This document shows positions 7,841 to 16,097 of a DNA stretch of 45,105 nt, in pieces. The stretch lies in the IMG/VR virus record IMGVR_UViG_3300045988_173304, one strand, 5' to 3'. The position numbers were made by a program, and so were the translations under genes. The stretch comes from a virus. Within the stretch, counting starts at the first letter, position 1. Each line of letters begins with the position of its first letter. The notes beneath the pieces were generated by a model that saw only the letters and a program-made list of their open reading frames with translations, had not been told where the DNA came from and searched no databases.

Positions 7841-8440
7841 ATGGCTATGCAGACAATCAAAAATGGTGGTTTTATCGCAGAGGAAATCGGCAAAATCAAT
7901 GACAATTTTGCAGAAGTCGAAAGCGATTATGCGAAAAAGACAGCTATTCCGTCCGTGCCGACAAAAACTAGTCAATTACAAAATGACAGTGGATTCATCA
8001 CGAGTTCTGCAATTCCTGATGTACCTACGAAGACAAGCGATCTGACAAATGATTCTGGCTTCATCACTTCAGCTGCAATTCCTACAGTACCAACAAAGAC
8101 GAGTCAACTGCAAAACGATAGTAATTTCGTAAAAACTACCGATGCAGCATTTACAAATAAGGTCGATAAGGAAGCAGGTAAGGGACTGTCTACTGAAGAC
8201 TTTACAAGTGCATTCAAGACAAAGCTCAACGGTTTGAAGGCACCTACAAAAGTAACTTTCACTACTAACAATTGGACCAGCGGCACATTCACTACTGCTG
8301 CAAATGGTCAGATTCCTACCGTTGTAATGAGAAAGAACGGCTCAAATTATGGTATCGCTCTTGTTGATGTTCAGCTAGTTGGTACCAATGTCGTGGTTAC
8401 GTCTGATGAAGCATTTGAAGGTTATTTAATGCTTGTATAA
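7841..8440 (+). CDS. Fibre-like protein with three 22-aa tandem repeats
   Basis: AIPxVPTKTSxLxNDSGFITSx occurs three times. A similar TKxSQLxND motif is recalled from phage tail-fibre proteins. SD AGGAGGAAATTATT. Confidence 0.6.
   Translation: MAMQTIKNGGFIAEEIGKINDNFAEVESDYAKKTAIPSVPTKTSQLQNDSGFITSSAIPDVPTKTSDLTNDSGFITSAAIPTVPTKTSQLQNDSNFVKTTDAAFTNKVDKEAGKGLSTEDFTSAFKTKLNGLKAPTKVTFTTNNWTSGTFTTAANGQIPTVVMRKNGSNYGIALVDVQLVGTNVVVTSDEAFEGYLMLV
7943..8140 (+). repeat. 3 x 66-nt coding tandem repeat
   Basis: The amino-acid repeat is conserved while third-codon positions differ between units (read directly). Confidence 0.85.
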
Positions 8441-8473
8441 ACAACGTATTTGGAATGAAAGGCGGTGAATTGA

Positions 8474-9745
8474 TTGGGATGGTTAGATAAATTGAGGCGA
8501 AAGCCTAAAGTTAAAACCGAGTATGCGGATATGCTAAATGGGTTTACTCCAATATTTTCTCAATTTGGCGATGATATTTATGCAAGTGACGTTGTTCAAC
8601 AGGCGATAAATTGCATCGTAAGTGAAATGAAAAAGTTGACACCTCAACATGTCAGAGCTTCTGGATGTGATGTCACTCCCGTAAATAGTGACATTCAGAC
8701 AGTTTTAAGTGCACCAAATGAAATTATGACAACGTCTGAATTTATCGAAAAAATCATTTGGCAACTCTTCTTCAATTACAACTCCTTCATCATTCCAACA
8801 TACTACGTTTGGACAGACAAGGATGGCACTGAGAAGAGACGATATACAGGGCTATATCCAATACAGCCTACGCAGGTAGATTTCATCCAGGATGCCTCTG
8901 ATACGCTCTATGTGAAATTTACTTTTGCAAATAATTTTGAGACAACTTTGGCATATTCAGATGTTATTCATATCCGCTATAAATTTTCTGTCAATGAATA
9001 TATGGGTGGCAACGAACAAGGTCAACCAGATAATGAAGCACTTTTGAAAACATTGAATTTGAACTATTTGCTTTTGCATAATTTATCAAAAGCAATGGTG
9101 TCAAGTTGCGCGATCAATGGCGTTGTCAAATTCAAGTCAATGATTGATGGAGGCAAAACTGAAGCGGCTCTGAAAGAATTGGAACAGAAATTGCAAAATT
9201 CTGAAAGTGGATTCTTGCCTCTTGATATTACAAGTGAATTTACACCTATCACGAGAAATGTTCAGTTAGTGGATGAAGCTACATTGAAATTTATCGATGA
9301 GAAAATTCTTCGCCATTTTGGTGTTCCACTTTGTATTCTTACTGGTGATTACACTAAGGAACAATACGAAGCGTTTTATCAAAAAACATTGGAACCACTC
9401 ATCATTGCAATGTCGCAAGGTTTTACACGATCTCTGTTTACTCCGAGAGAGCGGTCATTTGGAAATAAGATTCAGTTTTACCCTAAGGACCTTATTTTTA
9501 TGAGTGTAGACCAAACGCTTGAGATGGTGAGATTACTTGGTGACAGTGGATCTATTTATGAAAATGAAAAACGTGTTGCTTTTGGTTTGAGACCGTTGCC
9601 TGAATTAGAAGGTGTACGAATGCAGTCTCTGAACTACGTAAATGTAGAATATGCAAAACAATACCAAGTCAATGGAGACGATGACGAAGAAGAACCTATC
9701 GATGATGAAGAACAGGATGAAGGTGATAATGATGATGGAACGTAA
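8474..9745 (+). CDS. Portal protein (HK97-type)
   Basis: 423 aa with an acidic C-terminal tail. Lies between terL and the prohead protease. TTG start after an AAAGGCGGTGA SD. Confidence 0.8.
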   Translation: MGWLDKLRRKPKVKTEYADMLNGFTPIFSQFGDDIYASDVVQQAINCIVSEMKKLTPQHVRASGCDVTPVNSDIQTVLSAPNEIMTTSEFIEKIIWQLFFNYNSFIIPTYYVWTDKDGTEKRRYTGLYPIQPTQVDFIQDASDTLYVKFTFANNFETTLAYSDVIHIRYKFSVNEYMGGNEQGQPDNEALLKTLNLNYLLLHNLSKAMVSSCAINGVVKFKSMIDGGKTEAALKELEQKLQNSESGFLPLDITSEFTPITRNVQLVDEATLKFIDEKILRHFGVPLCILTGDYTKEQYEAFYQKTLEPLIIAMSQGFTRSLFTPRERSFGNKIQFYPKDLIFMSVDQTLEMVRLLGDSGSIYENEKRVAFGLRPLPELEGVRMQSLNYVNVEYAKQYQVNGDDDEEEPIDDEEQDEGDNDDGT

Positions 9746-9887
9746 TTATGCTTCTTGTTGGGACATGATTGGACTATCTAATGAAGTTGCAACGTTAAAA
9801 ACTGATTACGACGAAGGTTCAACGTTTTTGGCAGTTGACACTGGAGATATTTATATTTTGTACCAAAAGAAATGGTACAAGCTCTAA
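9729..9887 (+). CDS. Hypothetical small protein (52 aa)
   Basis: In-frame ATGs at 9729/9732/9735 follow a GAAGGTGA and overlap the portal 3' end. Confidence 0.45.
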   Translation: MMMERNYASCWDMIGLSNEVATLKTDYDEGSTFLAVDTGDIYILYQKKWYKL

Positions 9888-9899
9888 GAGGTGATAAAA

Positions 9900-10805
9900 A
9901 TGGACATGTTGCTATATGCGATTTTGAACAAGAAAATCAAAAATAGTGGTGGCTCTGGTGGCACTGCTGTTTATGTTCAGAACTGCACAATCAACGATGA
10001 TGGAAACCTCATTGTTACGCTGTCAGATGGTTCCACGATAAATGCAGGAAAAGCAAAAGGTGATACTGGTGCAGCTGGTCCTAAAGGCGACAAAGGTGAT
10101 ACTGGAGACACTGGGCCTGCTGGTGAGAATGGAACTGATGGCACAAATGGTACAAACGGAAAAGACGGTGTTTCACCGACAATTGAGGTGTATTCCAATA
10201 CTACAACGAGCTATCGACTGAAAATCAATAATGCTGATGGAACGTCAATCATTACTCCAAACCTAATTGGTACAGGCGCAACTACTACTCGGTATTATAT
10301 TTTCGATAATGCAATGTATGCGAATTATACTGACACAATTTACGCTGCGCCAAGCACGGGATTGAAGTCTCTAGGCGATTATGTTACAGAAGAAAATGCA
10401 TTTTGCAATGCTGACTCGAATCACTCAATGTATTATAATACAACATCATTTGGATGGAATCAGCAAGTACCTACATTTTGTACTACACCAATATCAATCA
10501 GCCCAACACAACTGCTGCTGTTTGGATATATCTCAAAGTCGATGAAAGATGGGGAATATTTCAAATTCATTCCTTCTGGGCTCGTTGATGGTACAACTAA
10601 TTTGGAAAAAGCACAGTCAATCCAAAGTTTATTGGCTGCTGGGAATGAAAGCATTGTGACAGTAGATTTTGAATATGTGTATGCGACTGCAGGTGTGACT
10701 GAAGCGGTTGACATTTCTTCCGTTCCTGCTGGTGAGTATTATTTAGTTTGGTCTGGTACCTCTGATAATAGCTCACCAAAAATCAACGATATTACGATTA
10801 TGTGA
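9900..10805 (+). CDS. Collagen-like (Gly-X-Y) repeat protein
   Basis: GDTGAAGPKGDKGDTGDTGPAGENGTDGTNGTNGKDG (nt 10059-10169). ATG 9900 follows a GAGGTGATAAAA SD. Confidence 0.75.
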   Translation: MDMLLYAILNKKIKNSGGSGGTAVYVQNCTINDDGNLIVTLSDGSTINAGKAKGDTGAAGPKGDKGDTGDTGPAGENGTDGTNGTNGKDGVSPTIEVYSNTTTSYRLKINNADGTSIITPNLIGTGATTTRYYIFDNAMYANYTDTIYAAPSTGLKSLGDYVTEENAFCNADSNHSMYYNTTSFGWNQQVPTFCTTPISISPTQLLLFGYISKSMKDGEYFKFIPSGLVDGTTNLEKAQSIQSLLAAGNESIVTVDFEYVYATAGVTEAVDISSVPAGEYYLVWSGTSDNSSPKINDITIM

Positions 10806-10815
10806 GGTGATATAG

Positions 10816-11430
10816 ATGGATGAGTTATTTCGAAGAAATTATACGTTTGAAATCAGAGCAGACAAGGACGATGAAAATGGCACATTTATCACAGGTCGTC
10901 CAATTGTCTATGAATCTAAAACTAATCTCGGTTATTTTGATGAAATCATTGAACGAGGTGCATTAGATAAAACTGATTTGCGAGATGTGAGATTTCTTGT
11001 GAACCATGACACAAACAAAATTCCTCTTGCTCGTTCAAGAAATAACAACAAAAACTCAACCATGCAAATGTCAGTCGATGATAATGGCATGGCAATCAGA
11101 GTAAATTTGGATGTTGAAAACAACGCCGAAGCAAGAGCATTATACTCAGCTGTTAAACGTGGCGACATTTCCGGAATGTCATTCATGTTTGGCATAGATG
11201 GTGAAGAATGGGAAGCGCTGGACAGCGATCATCCTACTCGTCACATTACGTCGATTTCATCTGTTGTTGAAGTGTCTGCAGTAACATTTCCAGCATATGA
11301 AGCAACAGAAATTTCGGCACGAGATCGGACTGCATTGGACAATGCACGAAGCGTACTGGATAGTGCGAGAAAACCAAATGAAATGTTGGAATTATTCAAA
11401 CTCAAAAATCAAATTCTTGGAGGTAAGTAA
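10816..11430 (+). CDS. Prohead serine protease (HK97 family)
   Basis: Size and position immediately upstream of the capsid gene. The recalled family pattern is present (..FLVNHD.., ..ISGMSFMF..). Confidence 0.8.
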   Translation: MDELFRRNYTFEIRADKDDENGTFITGRPIVYESKTNLGYFDEIIERGALDKTDLRDVRFLVNHDTNKIPLARSRNNNKNSTMQMSVDDNGMAIRVNLDVENNAEARALYSAVKRGDISGMSFMFGIDGEEWEALDSDHPTRHITSISSVVEVSAVTFPAYEATEISARDRTALDNARSVLDSARKPNEMLELFKLKNQILGGK

Positions 11431-11432
11431 AC

Positions 11433-12698
11433 ATGGGCAGAAAGAAAGTACTCGAAAAGAGAATGAAGAGACTGCTTGCAAAGAAAGCAAAGCTTGTAGA
11501 ACGCTCTCAGGCATCTACAGATGTAAACGAGGTGCGTTCTATCAATGAACAGCTGGAAGATATCAATGAAGATATTGCTGACGTTCAGGATGAACTGGAT
11601 GCGCTTGATGACGATGAGTCTGGTGACGATGACAAAGACGACGATGAAGGTCGTTCCGCTGAACCGCCTGCAAATGCACAGTTGCGTGGTGGTAATCCGA
11701 TGGCAAGCTATTCGCAGACTCCTCCGCAGACTCGTCAGAACGAAAGTCCGCTCGATTCTTTGGAATATCGACAGGCATTCATGCGGTATGTTCAGACAGG
11801 TGAATGGAACTATCGTGCAGATGAAACTTTGCTGACAACTGATGTCGGTAAGATTATTCCGAACACTATCATGAATGAATTCCTGAAGGAAATCAAGGTA
11901 TATGGTCAGTTGTTCAGTCGTGTTCGTAAGTTAAACATTAAGGGCGGTGTTGAATTCCCAATTGAGGAACTTGTACCGACCGTAACATGGATTACAGAAA
12001 CCACCGTTTCTGAAACTCAGGCAGTGCCGGAAATTAAGACTTCTATTTCCTTCGGTTACCACATCGTCGAAGCACGTTTGGCGCAGTCTCTGTTATCTCA
12101 GGTTGTTTCGCTGAGTTATCTCGAAACTGAGATGGCAAGACTGTTGGCTGAAGCATTTACTAAGGAATTCGATCGTGTCATTCTGAAGGGTACAGGTTCT
12201 GGCCAGCCGCTTGGTATCTTGAATGATACTAGAATTGCAGCAGACCATAAGGTATCTTTCGCTGCTGCTGAGATGGCAGATTGGACCAAATTCAGAAAGA
12301 ATCTGTTTGCAAAGATTCCGTTGGCATATCGTGGTCAGGGCATTTTCGTCATGACAGCTGGCACTTGGGAATCCAATATCATGACTTTGAAGGATGCAAA
12401 TGATCGTCCGCTCTATCAGGAAACTTACAATCCGACAACTGGAAATCTTGAATGCCGTTTCGCAGGTCGTGAAGTTATTCTTGTTGAACCTGACATGTTG
12501 GCAGATTATGATACAGCTCAGACAGGTGATGTTTGGGGCTTGTACTTCAGACCGATGGACTATGCTGTAAATACTCAGTTGCAAATTGGTTTCAAGCGTT
12601 GGTTTGACGATGACAAAAACAAGTATTTCAATAAGGGTTTGTGCATCATGGACGGTAAAATGCTTGATGTAAACGGCGCATTTATTCTGAAGAAATAA
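11433..12698 (+). CDS. Major capsid protein (HK97 family) with N-terminal delta/scaffold-like coiled coil
   Basis: 421 aa. Charged helical N-terminus, then a capsid-fold-like region. Immediately follows the protease. Confidence 0.85.
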   Translation: MGRKKVLEKRMKRLLAKKAKLVERSQASTDVNEVRSINEQLEDINEDIADVQDELDALDDDESGDDDKDDDEGRSAEPPANAQLRGGNPMASYSQTPPQTRQNESPLDSLEYRQAFMRYVQTGEWNYRADETLLTTDVGKIIPNTIMNEFLKEIKVYGQLFSRVRKLNIKGGVEFPIEELVPTVTWITETTVSETQAVPEIKTSISFGYHIVEARLAQSLLSQVVSLSYLETEMARLLAEAFTKEFDRVILKGTGSGQPLGILNDTRIAADHKVSFAAAEMADWTKFRKNLFAKIPLAYRGQGIFVMTAGTWESNIMTLKDANDRPLYQETYNPTTGNLECRFAGREVILVEPDMLADYDTAQTGDVWGLYFRPMDYAVNTQLQIGFKRWFDDDKNKYFNKGLCIMDGKMLDVNGAFILKK

Positions 12699-12711
12699 GG
12701 AGTAAACAATT

Positions 12712-13125
12712 ATGAATAAAGTTGATGCATTGAAAAATCTTGCAGTTGCAATTGGTTGTGCTACAAGTGTTGACAATGTAACTGGAACATCGATTGTTGA
12801 AGTCTTGAATTTTATAGCAGCGCATTATAACGGTGGAAAAGATTGTGACAGTTTAACTGTCACGTCTGCTGCCGGAACGCAAACGGGGTACACGAAAATT
12901 ACGGTGAAACCGTCGTTGACTTCTGGAAATTCCTACGTGTATAAAACGTCACCGTCTAATATCGATCCACCTGTTGTAGGTGACGATATGAGTGCGTTGA
13001 CTGCTTGGGACGGCACATCTGAAATTCAAGGTGAGGACAGTCATAAGATTGGTATTTACGAAGTAGATGTCAATAAAAAAGCTGTAAAATTTGGACAAAC
13101 AGTTATGACAGTTAACATTGGATAA
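12712..13125 (+). CDS. Hypothetical head-associated protein with a C-terminal domain shared with the next gene
   Basis: C-terminal ..WDGTSEIQGEDSHKIGIYEVD..VMTVNIG parallels ..WDGICEIVAEDGHKICVAEVT..TIVTNLG of the 13138-13674 product. Confidence 0.55.
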   Translation: MNKVDALKNLAVAIGCATSVDNVTGTSIVEVLNFIAAHYNGGKDCDSLTVTSAAGTQTGYTKITVKPSLTSGNSYVYKTSPSNIDPPVVGDDMSALTAWDGTSEIQGEDSHKIGIYEVDVNKKAVKFGQTVMTVNIG

Positions 13126-13137
13126 GGAGTGATAACG

Positions 13138-13674
13138 ATGACAGACACTGAACTTTTGACAAAAGTAAAAATCGGCCTCGGTATAACAGGTGCGTACCAA
13201 GACGATACCTTGATGACTTACATTGATGAAGTCAAAAATTTCCTGATTGATGCTGGAGTTTCGATTGACGTTTTGAATTCTTCGGTGTCTGTCGGAGTTA
13301 TTATTAGAGGCGTTTCAGATTTATGGAATTATGGAATGGGAACTGCTGAATTGTCAACGTATTTCATCCAACGTGCATTCCAATTGAAGTACGTTCTTCC
13401 GATGCTTAGTGAATTAAAATTGGAATCAAGTCCAGGCATTGATGTTGGGACAACCCAAATCAATATTACTGGTGGTGATTCAGAAGCATTGTATCGATAT
13501 CAATTCGATGTGAAATTACCAGAGTATGGTGAAAATTTGTCGGAATGGATTGAATGGGACGGTATATGTGAAATCGTTGCAGAAGACGGTCATAAGATTT
13601 GTGTTGCAGAAGTTACTGCTGAGAATCTTGCACGTAAAGCTGGAATTACTACTATCGTTACAAATTTGGGGTGA
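13138..13674 (+). CDS. Head-tail connector (gp6-like) with an extra C-terminal domain
   Basis: N-terminal MTDTELLTKVKIGLGITGAYQDDTLMTYIDEVKNFLIDAGV is typical of gp6-like connector/DNA-packaging proteins. ATG 13138 follows an AAGGAGTGA SD. Confidence 0.6.
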   Translation: MTDTELLTKVKIGLGITGAYQDDTLMTYIDEVKNFLIDAGVSIDVLNSSVSVGVIIRGVSDLWNYGMGTAELSTYFIQRAFQLKYVLPMLSELKLESSPGIDVGTTQINITGGDSEALYRYQFDVKLPEYGENLSEWIEWDGICEIVAEDGHKICVAEVTAENLARKAGITTIVTNLG

Positions 13675-13679
13675 TACGA

Positions 13680-14024
13680 ATGTCAAATTACAGAGCAATT
13701 GGGCCATTCAATGTTCCTATGTTTCTATTCATTCCTGAAACGAAAATTATAAAAGGCGTTGTCAAAAAAGTTTATCCAACTGAAGGTGAATTGATTCATT
13801 GCTCTTTCAAAACATTTGGAGGAACCGAGATAAAAAGCAATGACGTTCTCGCTATTGAAGACACCGCTGTAATTGAAACTTGGTATAGGCCTGATGTCAA
13901 AGCTGATTGCATTATGAAAGACGTTGCAGGAATATCTTATGAAATTCTTGGAACGCCTGAAGATATCAACCAACGACATCAGTGCTTAAAATTCAAAATA
14001 CGTAAAGTTGCAGGTGGTGCATAA
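13680..14024 (+). CDS. Head closure / head-tail adaptor protein
   Basis: Size, position and recalled pattern (..TFGGTE..VIETWYRPDV..). Confidence 0.6.
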   Translation: MSNYRAIGPFNVPMFLFIPETKIIKGVVKKVYPTEGELIHCSFKTFGGTEIKSNDVLAIEDTAVIETWYRPDVKADCIMKDVAGISYEILGTPEDINQRHQCLKFKIRKVAGGA

Positions 14025-14467
14025 TGGCTAAAAAGAATCGAATCGGTTTACAGTTTTCTGGCTGGCAGGAACTTATGAGAGGAATTGACAAAGTTGCGGG
14101 TGAAGAAGGATTGAAAAAAGCAACTGAAAGTGCTTTGAAATCGTCCAAGAATTATGTCAATCAGCAAGTAAATGCTCTTATGGTAAAAAGCAACATGCCT
14201 GCTCGTGGTAAGTATTGGCGAGATGGTGAAACGAAAGCAGCATTGAGAAAAGATATGACAGTAACTTGGAGTGGTTTTACTGGTGAAATCAAAATAGGTT
14301 TTGATTTGGAAAAATCAGGCCTAAAGTCAATTTTCCTAATATATGGTACACCACGAATGAATCCTGTTCCTGGCCTAAAAGATGCATTTTATGGTAGGAA
14401 AACCAAAATAGCAATTACACACTTGCAACGAGAAGCTATCGAAAAATGGATTGAGAGGAACCTATAA
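14024..14467 (+). CDS. Tail-component protein, HK97 gp10-like
   Basis: Position in the connector block. ATAATG overlap with the upstream gene. Confidence 0.55.
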   Translation: MAKKNRIGLQFSGWQELMRGIDKVAGEEGLKKATESALKSSKNYVNQQVNALMVKSNMPARGKYWRDGETKAALRKDMTVTWSGFTGEIKIGFDLEKSGLKSIFLIYGTPRMNPVPGLKDAFYGRKTKIAITHLQREAIEKWIERNL

Positions 14468-14820
14468 TGGAAGATTTATTGATTCAAATTTTGTCAAGCT
14501 TCGGGTTTCCAGTAAGACGTCAAGGTAGTTTCTTGGAAGATGAACCTTATCCAAATGATTTCTTTACATTTTGGAATTCTGCTGCAGACGGTGAAGCATT
14601 TTATGACAACGAAGATCGTTCGACCGAATATGAGTACGACGTTAACTTCTATTCTGTTGACCCAGATAAGCCCTATGAGATTTTGCGACAAGCAAAAAAG
14701 ATATTACGTAAAAACAATTTTGAAGTCTGGGGTGATGCCCATGATGTAATGAGCGATGAATCTACACATGTTGGCAGAGGCTTTACAATTTCGATTTTGA
14801 AAATGAATGAGGAGGACTAA
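14467..14820 (+). CDS. Tail completion-like protein
   Basis: Position immediately before the major tail gene. TAATG coupling. Confidence 0.45.
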   Translation: MEDLLIQILSSFGFPVRRQGSFLEDEPYPNDFFTFWNSAADGEAFYDNEDRSTEYEYDVNFYSVDPDKPYEILRQAKKILRKNNFEVWGDAHDVMSDESTHVGRGFTISILKMNEED

Positions 14821-14822
14821 CT

Positions 14823-15485
14823 ATGGCAAGTAACGCAGGAAACGCATTTGAATTTCGTGGGGTCGAAGATTTATTTTTTGCCCACGTGACAGAAGATAGT
14901 GAAGCGAACTTCACAACTACAGAACCAAAACGGCTGGCGTATGTAGCAACTATCGCAAAAGAGGTGGAATCGTCCAGCGAAACACATTACTACGACGACA
15001 AAGGAATGATCGCAATTACTGCAAAGGGTGCAGAAACCTACACTTTGACGGTTGCACCGCCTGCACTTGGTATTTTGGCGGAAATTACTGGACAGGCATT
15101 TGACGCAACAAAGGGAATGTTGATTGAGGGTGCAATTACACCTCGACAGTTTGCAATCGGTTACAAGACAAAAGGTACTGACGGCTTCTGGCGGTTTGTC
15201 TGGAAATACAAAGGCGTGTTCACAATTCCGTCTGAGGAAGTCAATACAGAATCCGACGAAATCAACACTACCAACACCGAACTGACGTTCACAGCAGTTA
15301 ACACTATTCATAAATTTCCATATCGTGATGATGCAGAAGCAGCTGTAAGCGGCAGCGGCACAACGTACAATCAGTCTATTTCTGGTATTGTGGTCGACGA
15401 ACGATATGGACGGGCTGACAATCTGGAAAGTTGGTTTACAAAGGTTATGACACCGAACGATGTTACTGCAAAAACAGGCGAATAA
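14823..15485 (+). CDS. Major tail protein
   Basis: 220 aa. Position before the chaperone and tape-measure genes. Followed by a strong hairpin. Confidence 0.75.
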   Translation: MASNAGNAFEFRGVEDLFFAHVTEDSEANFTTTEPKRLAYVATIAKEVESSSETHYYDDKGMIAITAKGAETYTLTVAPPALGILAEITGQAFDATKGMLIEGAITPRQFAIGYKTKGTDGFWRFVWKYKGVFTIPSEEVNTESDEINTTNTELTFTAVNTIHKFPYRDDAEAAVSGSGTTYNQSISGIVVDERYGRADNLESWFTKVMTPNDVTAKTGE

Positions 15486-15497
15486 AAAATAATAGGT

Positions 15498-15527
15498 ATA
15501 CAGTGTAAGAAATTTCTTACACTGTAT
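15498..15527 (+). terminator. 30-nt perfect palindrome (hairpin/attenuator) after the major tail gene
   Basis: ATACAGTGTAAGAAA/TTTCTTACACTGTAT. There is no clear T-run, so it may be a stabiliser or partial terminator. Confidence 0.5.
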
Positions 15528-15555
15528 TGCCAAAATAAGAAAGGGGTTTAACCTT

Positions 15556-15876
15556 ATGGAAATGAAATTGAACATTTATAAAAATGGCAAAATTGCCAAA
15601 ACATATACTGCCTCAGAATTTGATTTGATGTGGGGAACTGTTGAAGATTTACTGAGCATTGTTGATGTCGATAAACTCGATGATGCTGTAGCAATTGGTA
15701 AAGCAGTCATTGCGGTATTGCCTCAGGTTAAACCGCTTTTAAAACAGATTTTCCCAGGCATTACTGATTCTGAAATTCGTAATACGAAAACGAAAGAATT
15801 GGTAAGTGTTTTCATCAAAGCATTTACATATGCAATTTCTGAGATTGCTACTCTTGGAAATAACTCGGGAAACTGA
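15556..15876 (+). CDS. Tail assembly chaperone (gpG-like, 0-frame product)
   Basis: Lies between the major tail and tape-measure genes. Ends just after the slippery heptamer. Confidence 0.75.
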   Translation: MEMKLNIYKNGKIAKTYTASEFDLMWGTVEDLLSIVDVDKLDDAVAIGKAVIAVLPQVKPLLKQIFPGITDSEIRNTKTKELVSVFIKAFTYAISEIATLGNNSGN

Positions 15877-16085
15877 TTGAGGACGGAGAGCAGACGTCCT
15901 TATATGATATGTTGTTCGACATATCCATTTCATTATGTGAAAGATTTCACAGTCTAAATCCAATTATGATTCGCAGTTATCAAGCGCATGAAGTTGTAGT
16001 ACTCATGCGCCGTACTGTTGATTATGGAAAACGACAACGTAAGCCGAAAAGAATTATGAAGCCTGCTCCCGACACGTGGTTCTAA
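15556..16085 (+). CDS. Tail assembly chaperone, -1 frameshift product (gpGT-like)
   Basis: The -1 frame is open from 15864 to TAA 16083-16085. It encodes ..LIEDGEQTSLYDMLFDISISLCERFHSLNPIMIRSYQAHEVVVLMRR.. . Confidence 0.7.
15867..15873 (+). promoter_or_regulatory. -1 programmed ribosomal frameshift slippery heptamer G GGA AAC
   Basis: X_XXY_YYZ in the correct register with the 0 frame (tcG GGA AAC tga). Same class as lambda G/GT GGGAAAG. Confidence 0.75.
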
Positions 16086-16097
16086 GGAAGTGAGAAC

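Noticed and set aside
10059-10169. Short-period nucleotide repeat, considered as a non-coding tandem repeat or CRISPR-like array
   Set aside because: The period is 9 nt. It lies in frame inside a long ORF and encodes Gly-X-Y triplets. There is no repeat-spacer structure anywhere in the window.
12093-12776. 227-aa minus-strand ORF
   Set aside because: It lies entirely antisense to the well-supported major capsid gene. It has no RBS, and its Cys/Phe/Ile-rich composition is typical of the shadow frame of an AT-rich coding region.
14871-15575. 234-aa minus-strand ORF
   Set aside because: It is antisense to the major tail gene and shows the same shadow-frame properties. It runs through the hairpin at 15498-15527.
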